Shown: piece by piece, positions 1 to 10,862 of the stretch
How positions within the stretch are numbered: position 1 is the first letter of the stretch
How the letters are laid out: the number at the start of each line of letters is the position of its first letter
Assembly (NCBI GenBank): GCA_977018835.1
Contig: OZ361256.1
Span: 4,340,001 to 4,404,000 of the forward strand
Reading direction: 5' to 3'
Origin: Minutocellus sp. GHC0000111
Taxonomy: Eukaryota
Length of the DNA stretch: 64,000 nucleotides
The notes under the pieces: model-generated
Databases searched by the model: none
What the model saw: only the letters and a program-made list of their open reading frames with translations
What the model was told of the DNA's origin: nothing
Translations under genes and position numbers: made by a program

Positions 1-754
1 GGAATATGGAGGATTGGGCAATGTACCGAGCAAAAACGTGTGGAAGGCATGATTTGCTTGGAGCCTTTTCGTCAGCCAACCACGAAGGATATCTCTCGTT
101 TTGTTCAAATAATATTCTTCCGCCTTGGGATACATCTCATAGATGAGGCGTACAGCTTTTTGCCTATCTGCCTGGCCCGAATCATTTTCCAGGAACCCGT
201 TCGATACAAGCCACATTATGAAGTCGGCCCTTGCAATGTATACATTATCACCATCTTCTTCTTCTTCTTCTTTAACATCATCCTCGTCAGGGACACGAAA
301 CCAAAAGCATAATCTATTGATAACCGTACTGCTGTGAAGACGATGATCAAGTTTTTTCAGCATTTCATCTTGCCCCGTGCTGATAAAGCCACTTCATGAC
401 GTCCACATGCCAAAGACTTGCCGCTGCATAAAGCGGGAACTGGAATACCGGTGATCCCCTATCTGTCTTATTCTCATCTGTCGCTGTTATTGTTGATGCG
501 CCACGGACGTGGAAGAGATATCGGCACATGGGTAGGTCACCGTGGTACGCAAAGTGAGCCATGGGAGTGATGTTCTTCCATGTATTATCAAGCCACTGAT
601 GATCTACCAAGTCCGACCGAGCGGTGTGCGCATCATCTGGGTCAAAGCCGGCCTCCCGCAGTTTCTCCCGAGCGGTCTTGTCGTCCTCGATGGGACCGTC
701 GGCGTTGTACGCCTTGTGCCTCTTGGCGGCCGGCTGATCATCACCAGAGGACAT
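1..754 (-). pseudogene. Ankyrin-like repeat protein, frameshifted, runs off the window start
   Basis: ATG at 754 (MSSGDDQPAAKRHK). Ankyrin-like TPMAHFAYHGDLPMCRYL and FPLYAAASLWHVDVMKWLYQHGA. Coding-like sequence continues in another frame after ~368, with a second shift near 60 (..HTFLLGTLP). Confidence 0.55.
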
Positions 755-952
755 GCTGCAAAAGTAACAGTGCGTTATGGATACAAATAGCCAAACGAAA
801 GAGCGACAGGCAGCACGACCAATTGACTGCAACGCAAGCAAACGGAACGGAACGGCACGGCGGTGGTGGTGGCAAAAAATGGGGCGTGGCGCTGAAACGG
901 CGAAATCCAAGTCAAACGTCGCCGAGCATGAAAGAGTCCAAAGCGGCGCCCA

Positions 953-2533
953 ATGAAGCACAGGAGGCACAGAAGATTTACCGCTGCGTCTCTGATGTTT
1001 TGCGGAGCCTCGCTCTGCTTTGTTTGTGATTCAAAGTCGAGCACAGCAGCAGCCTACGTCGTCCAACCGCATTCCGGCCGGCGACGTGTCCGACAAACGC
1101 ACGTGCTGCATTCCGACAATCTCTCCAAGCGTTCAGATAAACCCAGGCATTGGTATCTGCCTACCAGTACATCATTATGCTCTAGCAATGAAGGTGATGG
1201 CTTTCCTCCTCGAATTCATGACGACGATAGCAGTCGACGGATCGACAACGTCCGCCGCATCTTCGCCATCTCCGACCTTCACACCGACTCGCTAGAGAAT
1301 ATGCAGTGGCTCGTCGATCGGTGTACTGCTGCCGATGGTACTGCCAATGAGAATGATGGTGATAACGAAAACAACAAATCATCACGTCTAACACCAGGAC
1401 CAAACGATGCACTTATCATCGCCGGAGATATCTCACACGACCTCGACATCATCCGCGATACCCTATCGACAATTGTAAACAATCTGCAATGCCACACCTT
1501 CTTCATTCCTGGCAATCATGAGGCATGGATCGGTGGTAGCAAGATGGACGGCATGGGACTGACTGATTCCTTCGCCAAGCTTGAGAAGGTGGTGGAAGTA
1601 TGCGATGCGTTGGGGGTCCATACCACTGCCAAGCTACTGATAGGGGGTTCCGGTGGCAATGGTGACGATGATGGCGATGATTCCAACAATCGCCATGCTG
1701 TATGGGTCGTGCCCATGTGGAGCTGGTATGATGGGTCGCTGGTCTTGCCGGGGTGCGAAGATTTGAGTTGTGGACTTATCAGCTGGCCTTGGGTGGACTT
1801 TAAACGATGCGATTGGGGCGAGAAGTATCAAGGGATGAGATTACAGGGGGATACTGACAAGAAGAGCGAGGTCGATGCCAGATTCACTGTCCCTGGTTGT
1901 GAGAGAGTACCATCCCAAGAACTTACCAAACTGTTACTGTCTTGGAATGATCCGTCATTTGAAGCCGTGAGACAAAGTTCTGTCGAAAACCTGATTACAT
2001 TTTCGCATTTCCTACCATCACAGCAGACTTTACCGGATTGGAAGGAACCAATATCAGAAGTATTTCGTCGGGAGGATTGGTTGGACCATCCCGTTCCCGA
2101 TGTGAGCGCCAAGTTTGCCTACGTCGCCGGGTCAGATTTGATTGATGAGCAAATTCGATCCATATGGAATGAGCCCGATCTTTCTGGTTCCCCAAGGAAC
2201 GATATGCATAGAAATCACATCCACGTCTTTGGTCATAGCCACCGGCCAAAAGATTTCGTGCTTGACGGGATTCGCTACATCCACAACCCTGTAGGTAAGC
2301 CGGTAGAGAGAGAGATGAACATGATCAACAACAACTTTGATTTTGAGCTAATTTGGGATCATCGCGAAGGTCAGGTGCGCTCTGAGGATGTTGTCATTCG
2401 ATACTGGGAGCAGTACGGCGGCGGAGTAGAGCTCTTGGCACAAAACATGGCAAAGAGACGGGGCGTAGGAGGAACCAAATCAATACCCACGAAAAAAAAG
2501 GTAAAGGATCGGCCAGTCGAAAAAATTATATAA
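953..2533 (+). CDS. Calcineurin-like metallophosphoesterase
   Basis: Motifs ISDLH, AGDIS, PGNHE, FSHF and FGHSH; N-terminal signal-like segment. Confidence 0.9.
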   Translation: MKHRRHRRFTAASLMFCGASLCFVCDSKSSTAAAYVVQPHSGRRRVRQTHVLHSDNLSKRSDKPRHWYLPTSTSLCSSNEGDGFPPRIHDDDSSRRIDNVRRIFAISDLHTDSLENMQWLVDRCTAADGTANENDGDNENNKSSRLTPGPNDALIIAGDISHDLDIIRDTLSTIVNNLQCHTFFIPGNHEAWIGGSKMDGMGLTDSFAKLEKVVEVCDALGVHTTAKLLIGGSGGNGDDDGDDSNNRHAVWVVPMWSWYDGSLVLPGCEDLSCGLISWPWVDFKRCDWGEKYQGMRLQGDTDKKSEVDARFTVPGCERVPSQELTKLLLSWNDPSFEAVRQSSVENLITFSHFLPSQQTLPDWKEPISEVFRREDWLDHPVPDVSAKFAYVAGSDLIDEQIRSIWNEPDLSGSPRNDMHRNHIHVFGHSHRPKDFVLDGIRYIHNPVGKPVEREMNMINNNFDFELIWDHREGQVRSEDVVIRYWEQYGGGVELLAQNMAKRRGVGGTKSIPTKKKVKDRPVEKII

Positions 2534-2678
2534 GCATTATTGATAAAGACGAGAAATCATTACAGGTACTGAAGGCTCGGAGGATATATTGTAACAGCGA
2601 TTAAATATATAGGATGATTTCTACACTACTGTCGTCAAATCGTCACTGGCGTGCTCCTGAAGGGTAGAAGAAGCTGCT

Positions 2679-4624
2679 TCAAAGTTCGAATATACCAAAA
2701 GCACAGTTTGTAGCATGCCGTCTGTGGTTGAGCCAACTACCACTCCAGTAACAACACCAGGAATGCCGAAGTTCAATTAGCATGCTTTGAAGGGTATAAT
2801 CTGATGTCAAGAGGCGAGCAATAGGATGGCTTGTCACAAACACTGCCAGTGAAATGAGCACGCCGTAAAAAAATGCGAACGCTCGTGCTTTCCTACTCGT
2901 TCTCCGGGCAGCGACAATATCGCCTCTGATGAGAAGAGCATTCACCTCTTTGCCGCTGGCACTGGCAAAGGACTCAAACCAGCACTCGATAAAGCTCCAG
3001 ACATGCATCAGCAGTATCCAGGTAGCAGCCTCAGCGGCCCCGATGTGTTTAGCCATGATAGATATGACCCTATATTCGAGATCTGTCACTATTCCAATAG
3101 CCGTAAGAGGCAGAGCTGCGTGGCAAATTGATGATGCGAGCTTCAGCCCTTTCTTAGACTTCAATGGTTCAGTATCATCAAAAAATGGCTCTAAAAAGCC
3201 CCTTCTCCGAATTCTCATGAAATAGAAAATGGTAACAAGTACATGGTAGACAAGCCAAATGACACCAAGGCTGATCAGATTCATGTCGAGGAGCGCAACA
3301 GCAACTAAGGTCAAGGAAAGACCCACGATGCTGTCATAAAAGTCGAAAACGGCATTGAAGTGCGCTCCATCATTGAGGTCGACAAGAGCGGAGTACATTG
3401 ACGAATATGCATCGAACAAACTCATGAGAGAGCTCAATACGGCGTAGCTGGCGCCGATACTTCTCATATATCTCCCATGCCCAAAAAATATCAAGATGTC
3501 TTCCATCCAGAAAATGGAAACGACAAAGGCTGGTGCGCATGCCAGTATCGACAAGTACGCTGATACCTGGGCTATCCGCCCAGCCCTTTCCTCGTCGTCA
3601 GATGAAATTGCCAGGTTCGAAAGCTTATAGCATGCCTCATGAACTCCATAGGATATGACCTGTAGCATGGACAAAATAAATTCTACGGTGATGTACGTGA
3701 TCATGGAATCGTTTCCAATATATAACGCAATCAGGGACACGGTGGCTATGTCCGAAAACTCATTGATAATGGAAGCAAAGATCCTTCGTTCAGAGAGGAT
3801 TCGATGAGATAAAACCGCAGAGTGGACGGACAAGTCAGTACAAAGGGGAAGGGTCAGCCAAATGATATCGATTCGCTCACTTTGTTGCCTGAAACTACTT
3901 ACCATGGACCAGAAATTCTATGAATCTCTGTCATTGGTTCATCAAGAAACATCATTTCTTCTACATCATCAATCTCCTCCATTGGATGATAATCCGAGTC
4001 TGAGCGCCTGTATGTTGCCTTTCTTCTCGCTACTTCATCTTCCCTGTCCTCACAGTTCCCATTGCCGTCTGCCAGGACGTCTCTTGGCTCCTTGTTGCGC
4101 TTCCTGGCTTTGTCCCGCCCTCCGCCAAAGAAGCTTCCAAATGTCAAAACACTTTCGTCGTCATCAGACGCCGATGCCTTTTGTCGTCTCCAAATCCGAT
4201 TCTGTTCTCTATTCTTTCGATTCGTTTTCATTTCTCTTCTGATTGGTGGTGCGACGATAACCTCTGCTGGTTTGTTCGCCTTTATGGTTTTGTTTCCTCC
4301 CTTTTGTGGTTTCTCATGGTCTTTGTTGCCAAACGCAATTACCGCAGACAAGCTTTCCACGTCTTTTATATCTTTCCTGGTTGGATTGGCGTTCTTGAGC
4401 CGCTGCGAAGACGACGATGCCGATGCCGTGGAAGTGGACGAAATTTGAGATGCGTTGGCCCGATCGACCCTTCTCTTCTTCATGACCCAAAACCACGCGA
4501 CAAAGTAGACGAACAAGCAATATCCCAACGTCACAACCATGAGCGGCCATCCTGGATCGTTGGCCGTTGCCTGGTATAAGGTAAAGCCATCGTCGTCGTC
4601 GCCGTCGTAAGCATTGTTCGTCAT
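2679..4624 (-). CDS. MATE-family efflux transporter-like protein, frameshift near 3900
   Basis: ORFs 3899-4624 and 2679-3905 abut. Multiple TM helices and MATE-like segments (IGAAEAATWILL, GDIVAARR). Confidence 0.65.
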
Positions 4625-4932
4625 GATATTTGGAATTTAGCGAAGCACCCCGGGGCAGCTAGCTCCGAGGATGCCGCCCGTGCTTGTTTGCAAATTGCTG
4701 GTAAGTAACGAGAACCAGCTACGTATCTAACGGACTACAACGCAGAAGATTCCTTCCCGTTCTTTCTGTTGATTTGCATCGATTTGTCTACATGCAACGC
4801 ATCTATCTATCCATCTATTGCGACGCATATGTATGAGCGGGGCGGTACTCTTTTACTTCTACGGCCGCAACTCCTACCAGAGAGCGAGCACTCTGCGCCA
4901 CTCTCACAATAGCCCAATGCGAGTGTTCGGTC

Positions 4933-5829
4933 TTGGTTTCGGCCGAGGAGGGTTCCATCTATCCATCTATCTGTCGTCCTCTGAACGCCGTCGAAAGCAA
5001 CAAGAGGCGTCGCCTCTTCGACCTGGCCGTTCGTCAGTTCCTATCCATTCGCAAGCAAATCCTGACCAAGGCTAGGGATACGTCCCGCCCGATTATATGG
5101 GCCGGTGACTTGAATGTGGCCCGCACGTACCTCGACGGAACGCACCACAACATCAATCCTGACACTGGAGCCGTTTCGGAATATTGGACCGATGAAACCA
5201 AGTGCTACTCACGCAAGGACGTGGCCAATGCTGATTCTAGTCGAGGGAAAGGAGATATCGGCATTCCGGGGTTCACCCCCAACGAACGCAAGCGCTTCGA
5301 GCAGACGCTCAAGGAATCATGTCTCAAGGATGTTTGGCGTGAGCTGCATCCGAAAGGCGTCAATTCATCCAAGTTGCCCTATTTGGGTCGAAACGGTGGT
5401 ACTGACGAAGTCGACCAGTGGAACCGTGCGAACTACACATGGAGGGGAACGCAGGGACGCAACCAGGCCATGGGAAGATACCAAGGGAAAGGTCAGCGCA
5501 TTGGCTATTTTCTATTTTCAGACTACGAAGGAACTGCTATGCAAGAAGTTGTCAGTTGCGACGTTTTGGGCTATGGCGAGGCTCGTGAGGGATTCTTCTG
5601 CGGAAGTGACCATTGCCCGGTGGTTTTGGTCCTCAAAGGCAATGGTACACGTAGTGGTGATGACGATGGCGGTAAGAAGAAGAAGAGTACGCACGACGAC
5701 CAAGAGACAGACTATGATACTGACGATGATGATGTGGGTGGATACGATGACCGAAAGATGCCCGCAAAGAAAAAGGCTAAGGTTGAGAACTCAATTCCGG
5801 CGGGCAAGGAGGTCATTGATCTCACTTGA
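4933..5829 (+). CDS. Exonuclease III/AP endonuclease (EEP family), C-terminal half; N-terminus missing or in unrecognised exons
   Basis: IWAGDLNVA, GFTPNER, DVWRELHP, YTWRG, RIGYF and GSDHCPV motifs. Confidence 0.8.
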   Translation: MVSAEEGSIYPSICRPLNAVESNKRRRLFDLAVRQFLSIRKQILTKARDTSRPIIWAGDLNVARTYLDGTHHNINPDTGAVSEYWTDETKCYSRKDVANADSSRGKGDIGIPGFTPNERKRFEQTLKESCLKDVWRELHPKGVNSSKLPYLGRNGGTDEVDQWNRANYTWRGTQGRNQAMGRYQGKGQRIGYFLFSDYEGTAMQEVVSCDVLGYGEAREGFFCGSDHCPVVLVLKGNGTRSGDDDGGKKKKSTHDDQETDYDTDDDDVGGYDDRKMPAKKKAKVENSIPAGKEVIDLT

Positions 5830-6220
5830 AAGTGATGTAGTATAATGGGAGATAGTATTCGATCTTTCGGTCTATTATTTCTGAGTGTCTATTTGAATTA
5901 TGAATCATGCGATTCTTGTTAGGAGGTTTCGCCCAAAATTGTTTTTCTTCTTCGTGCACTCAGCGTCGAATTTTCGTTATCGTTAATTTTCGCTGACCAT
6001 CTTTCTCTGTTATTCTTCTTCGTTTTGTGTGTCTTCGCTTCGTCTCCAATTTTCTTTAAGTCATACATCCACGTTGCTGCTGTGGTACAAATAGTCTGAA
6101 TGCCAATGTAGATAGCCCAAGTAGAGACTCGCCCAGGAATCTTTCCCAAGAGGCATCTCGGATATCTGTACTGCAACAACAAATCCAGCTTTCATTCTTT
6201 TACATTCTCATTTTTGGGCC

Positions 6221-7171
6221 TCAAATGCTATCTTCGCTTGGGAAATGAAGCTCTGCTGCTCTAGTATCTGCTGCAAGACAAGGCCCCATACCGCCCCATT
6301 CACTTCCAAGATTAGTGCAGTCAAAGGAAGAGATGACAGGATGGTTGATGTTGGTGTACAAACAGCAGCTGCACTCCTTATTCTCGACGGACATCTCGCA
6401 TGTCTCATCGTCATTGTACGTGAAGCAGATCTTGACGCCCTGCTCGTAGAAGCATTGGTACGTATTGGCATTGAGATCTGACTTGGGGCTGGCGACTGGA
6501 GACTCGGACGGGGGAACGGTTGGCGTATTCGTTGGCTTGAAGGTTGGTGCAAGAGTAGTGAATGTGTAGGAATCGACTCCCACTGGATTCTTGGATTTGC
6601 CCGAGTCCAGACCTGGATCGACCATGCTCCAGTCCGCCTGTTCAAATGGCTGGTAATCGGCTGCGACATCCGTCTCTGTTGGACTTGATGTAGGGTGTTC
6701 CGTAGGACTAGCACTTGGTGGCACCGTAGGAGTCTTGGAAGGTGCCTCTGTCGGGCTGGGAGTTGCAGCAGCCCTGTTCAAGATGACGCCGCCACCATCA
6801 GTTTCGCTGTTATCAGCCTTGTTGATGATGACCGGCTCTCGCTTTGCAGTGTTGCCAGTATTGTTGGCCCGGTTTGTCTTCTTGTTTTTCTTACTCTTCT
6901 TGCTTTTTGAGCTCGAATCACCACCCTTGCTTCCTTTTGTGGACTTCGTCGACTTGGATGATTTTGAGGATTTATTCGACTTGGATGACTTGGACGATTT
7001 GCCCGATTTGCCTAGCTTTCTGAAGGCATTCGTCCTTAGCACATCAAGTACTGGCGCATCGCCGGCCATATCGAGCTGGACCACTCCTGCCGATGCCTTG
7101 TCGCTGGCATTCGACGACGATATCGTCGCCGATGCGACCGCCAACGAGAGGGCCAGATTGTAGACATGCAT
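6221..7171 (-). CDS. Secreted silaffin/cingulin-like lysine-rich protein
   Basis: Signal peptide, RKL (RxL) site, then KSGKSSKSSKSNKSSKSSKSTKSTKGSKGG (KxxK repeats), P/T-rich linker and Cys-rich C-terminus. Confidence 0.7.
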   Translation of the reverse strand: MHVYNLALSLAVASATISSSNASDKASAGVVQLDMAGDAPVLDVLRTNAFRKLGKSGKSSKSSKSNKSSKSSKSTKSTKGSKGGDSSSKSKKSKKNKKTNRANNTGNTAKREPVIINKADNSETDGGGVILNRAAATPSPTEAPSKTPTVPPSASPTEHPTSSPTETDVAADYQPFEQADWSMVDPGLDSGKSKNPVGVDSYTFTTLAPTFKPTNTPTVPPSESPVASPKSDLNANTYQCFYEQGVKICFTYNDDETCEMSVENKECSCCLYTNINHPVISSFDCTNLGSEWGGMGPCLAADTRAAELHFPSEDSI

Positions 7172-7590
7172 GATGCGCTACTTTCACCGTGCTTTCGCTG
7201 AAATCGGTGCAATCAGAGCAGTGTGTCAAGATCAGAATGAAATTGATCTGACGAACAACACAACTGCCTCAAATTTCAAGGGCACGAAGGGAATTTAGCC
7301 TTAGTTGATAGAACTGAATGCCAATCGAGCTGACTACCGCAGTTTCCTTTCTCGCTTGGACCTTTGGCGGCATCGGCGAGTGGCGGGAAAAATTGGCTTG
7401 TTGGAGATTTGCTTTTCTTTTCGCCAATTTTTGACTCGCTTGACTGGAAATAAAGTCTGTCCTTCGCCCGGATTTTCTCGTTTCGCGGCGAGGAGCGGAG
7501 ACCGACCGATGATGACTGCCCCCACCCCCTACCGGTATCAACTTACCGTAAACCAGGTATACATAACATATTTCCGTAGACTGGCTTAAG

Positions 7591-8721
7591 TTAACTGATA
7601 TTGATATCATTGGTCTTCTTCACCGCCTTTAGTACCTCTTCCACAGCTTTCTTCATTTCATCAGATGCCTTGCAACTCATCACCCTCTCCACACCTTCGC
7701 GTCCCAACTTGTCATACAGCATATTCATCAGGCGAATATTCCGATCGAACACCACCGATGCATCTCCATTGAGCTTATCTACTGCGGCCCCGACTTCTTC
7801 CTCCCTAAGTACATGGAACATTGGGAAGGGAGAGCGGTTGGTGTAATTGTCTATCCCCTCAGCATCATCATCTTCACCGTCGCCAGATCTGCCAAACTCA
7901 AACAATGGATGAAAGGGCGCCACTTGCACCTTTCCAACAAGTTCATGCTCTTCCATGATACCTTCGATAAAGTCCAAAACTTGCAGATAGGTTTCAAAAT
8001 CATCAGGACTGCATTCCGGAGCCACAACTACTGTCGTACCAGGATTGTCTACTCTCAAAATCAGTTCCAACAATACCGCTGCTGCAATGGACTCGGCGTC
8101 ATGACCACGGATAGTCTCGATGGTCAATTTGTTACTGGCTAATGGTGAAGCCGCGAATGGGCACAAATTGAGACCGATGACCACCTGCTTGATCCAATCG
8201 AGAGTTTGCGAACGAACAACAGAGTCCGGTAAATCATGGTACAATTCCTCGTCTGACACTTCTTTTTCCTCGTCAACCTCATGAGCCTCTTCCTTCTCGT
8301 CTGCTACCTCATCATCAGTTGCTTTTCTTTCTTGCGGCATTTCCCGAGCTGCCGCATCACTACCGACCTCGTCATTCTGTTCGGCCTCCCATTCCTCCAT
8401 CTTTGCCAAATACCTCTTGGCAGCATTCCATTTGTTCTTTTTCTTCTTGCTGGCTGGTGCCGTCGTGTGGAAGGATCGAAAATTTCCGACATGAGGTGCC
8501 TGGTGATATGCATTTGCGGACGCATGTGTGCTATGTGCAGCGTTTGAATGTCGTACTGGTCGAAAAGTGGAAAACGCTGCGACACCAGCATAAGAAGCAG
8601 GATGTGGGGCCAGCAAAGTAGCGGCGGCTGTGGCGGCGGCCGAGCCCCTAACTTTCCTCATTTGCGTCGCTGTCCGCAGCACGAGAGTGGCAGTTACAGA
8701 AGACGTGATCAAGGGCCTCAT
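7591..8721 (-). CDS. DUF1415 family protein
   Basis: VVIGLNLCPFA, VQVAPFHP and NYTNRSPFPMFHVLRE motifs. Confidence 0.85.
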   Translation of the reverse strand: MRPLITSSVTATLVLRTATQMRKVRGSAAATAAATLLAPHPASYAGVAAFSTFRPVRHSNAAHSTHASANAYHQAPHVGNFRSFHTTAPASKKKKNKWNAAKRYLAKMEEWEAEQNDEVGSDAAAREMPQERKATDDEVADEKEEAHEVDEEKEVSDEELYHDLPDSVVRSQTLDWIKQVVIGLNLCPFAASPLASNKLTIETIRGHDAESIAAAVLLELILRVDNPGTTVVVAPECSPDDFETYLQVLDFIEGIMEEHELVGKVQVAPFHPLFEFGRSGDGEDDDAEGIDNYTNRSPFPMFHVLREEEVGAAVDKLNGDASVVFDRNIRLMNMLYDKLGREGVERVMSCKASDEMKKAVEEVLKAVKKTNDINIS

Positions 8722-8926
8722 TCGTTTTTAGCATTCGTGGTGGTATTGACTCAACCTTGGTGGCTTGTTGCTTGTGCGCTTCGTTTTACGTAGTTGTGGC
8801 GGCAAGCACCATCGGCGGCGGTGGCGGCCGCAAACTCGTACTGGCGTCGACGGGCGGGCGACGGACGGGCGAGCGCGCTCATTTATTTTCGAAGCATTTT
8901 CAGCAGACCAGCTCAGGAGATCAGAG

Positions 8927-9965
8927 ATGCCAAGAATGATGCACTTGAAGAGCTACTACGCTGGCTATATACTAGCTTTCCCGTTGATATCTCTCCCCAC
9001 AGCCTCTGCTCACTCAAGATGGAGCTGCCCTGAGCCTCGTTCGCCTTCCACTTCGATTAAAGATGGTCCTTGTGGCGACGAAACGACGAACAACTTTATC
9101 GTCAGTTCCGAAGACATGATGGAAATAAGACCAGGACCTCTTCGCGTGGTGTTTGAGGAATCCATCTACCACACGGGCGCCCCATTTCGCATATCATTGT
9201 CAGCAGATGGGACTGACTCCGAGGCATGTACACTCCTCGACCACATACCGCACAACGACCTGGCAGTGAGACCCAATTTCAGAGACGAATCCACCTACAC
9301 TCAATATGCTGTGACGATTGACATACCTGATGTGAATTGCGAGCGCTGTTCGCTCCATTTATCAAATCCCATGACTGATAAAATTTGAGGTGCTGGTTCA
9401 CCATTCGGCATTGGATGTACTGATCCTGACGGAACATGCTTCTAAGTTTACCATTCCTGCAGCAAACCTTTCCGCATTCGAGGAACTTCCTCAGCAACAA
9501 CACGATCAGAATACCAGTGCCCATATGACGCTGGATCTGGTCCAGTCGATTGGCCAACAAGTTGGATTGGAGATAATGGAGAATCAGTGGATGCATCGGT
9601 GCCAGGAGTGTACCGAAGAGAATCATCAATGTGGAATGAAAATGATTTCACCAATGAGATATCGAGAAGATGCCGGTGGGTTATGTGGAAAATCCGCAGA
9701 TGCAGCCGAGGAGAATGCCAAAGAGGGTACGCAACCATCAACCGACTCGCCAACCTTTCGACCAATTGATAAACCCCATGATATTCCACCAGGAATGCTG
9801 GACTCGTCTCCGACCTCTTCATCGCCAACGAATGCCCCAGTTCAACAACATTCCTCGAATCTCGCATCTTCGGCTGCATCATCATCATCATCGCACGGAG
9901 GCATTGGCCCTACAATTCTGTGGGCAATATGTATTTTCTTCGCGATAAATGCATATGATTTCTGA
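8927..9965 (+). pseudogene. Secreted N-terminal-His polysaccharide monooxygenase (LPMO)-like protein, disabled
   Basis: Signal peptide ends ASA|HSRW. Motifs KDGPCG, H-TGAPFRISLS, IPDVNCERCSL and VYHSC. In-frame TGA at 9386-9388, TAA at 9443-9445, frameshift near 9655. Hydrophobic GPI-like C-terminus. Confidence 0.65.
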
Positions 9966-10094
9966 CCATTGATCAATGGTAATCTGTAGAGCAAAGTAAT
10001 AGAGAACATTTTTTCACATCCTACAAAATGAAGAAAAGCGAGCACAAAAGACAGCATGCTCCCTTGATGCATTTTTATGTATGCAGCAATCAAT

Positions 10095-10517
10095 CTATTT
10101 GCATCCTATTGCGATCCGGTGAAGAAATCGATAATCTCTTGACGGATCTTTGGGTTGGCAAGGGTCTCCAAGGATTAGCACTGGGGTGAGCAGAGGGCTG
10201 CTCGTCACAGCTTCCACAACATCATTCAATGGCTTGAGGGCCTTTCCAGCCTTCATTAGCGGACTGTCGTCCTCCTTCACTTCGTATCGCTCGTCAAGGG
10301 CCCACTTGCTCTGAGATAAGGGTTTGACAACGTTGCCGTCCTCATCAACCTCCTCGAGAGGTGTTGCTACGGCGGTCGTTGTGCTGGAATCTTTTTCGTC
10401 GTCGGCGGCCATTCGCACCATCGGCGACGATCGCGACGTGGGGCCAACGGCAACAAATGCCGCAGATTGGCCCGCCAACAGGCATAGCGCCACGATAACA
10501 GCAATTGGTCGCATCAT
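10095..10517 (-). CDS. Small hypothetical protein with bipartite plastid-targeting-like N-terminus
   Basis: MMRPIAVIVALCLLAGQSAAFV: signal peptide plus A-F motif. Confidence 0.55.
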   Translation of the reverse strand: MMRPIAVIVALCLLAGQSAAFVAVGPTSRSSPMVRMAADDEKDSSTTTAVATPLEEVDEDGNVVKPLSQSKWALDERYEVKEDDSPLMKAGKALKPLNDVVEAVTSSPLLTPVLILGDPCQPKDPSRDYRFLHRIAIGCK

Positions 10518-10862
10518 CTTCTCGCGTTCGCTACAAATCCAAAGTTGTGGGTTCTGTGGGCACGGCCACGGGTGCAGCAACTTCAACTTACGTCACATTT
10601 TATCGGGTTGACCAGTCTCCTGATTTTGGGGTCAAAATGAAGCTGTCGAAATCGAAAGCGGACAGCTGGAAGTCTTCGAACAGACTGACTACATGTACCT
10701 ATAGGTACATGTACTAATTGAAAGCTATTCCCTATTGGTTTAATACTTTGTTGCAAAGGAATCCCATATAATCATATAAAAACAAAAAAAGTAGATCTAC
10801 CGGTAATGCGTGTGTGCCCCCTGACTAAAACCACATTAGGCCAACCAAAAACATGGCACCCC

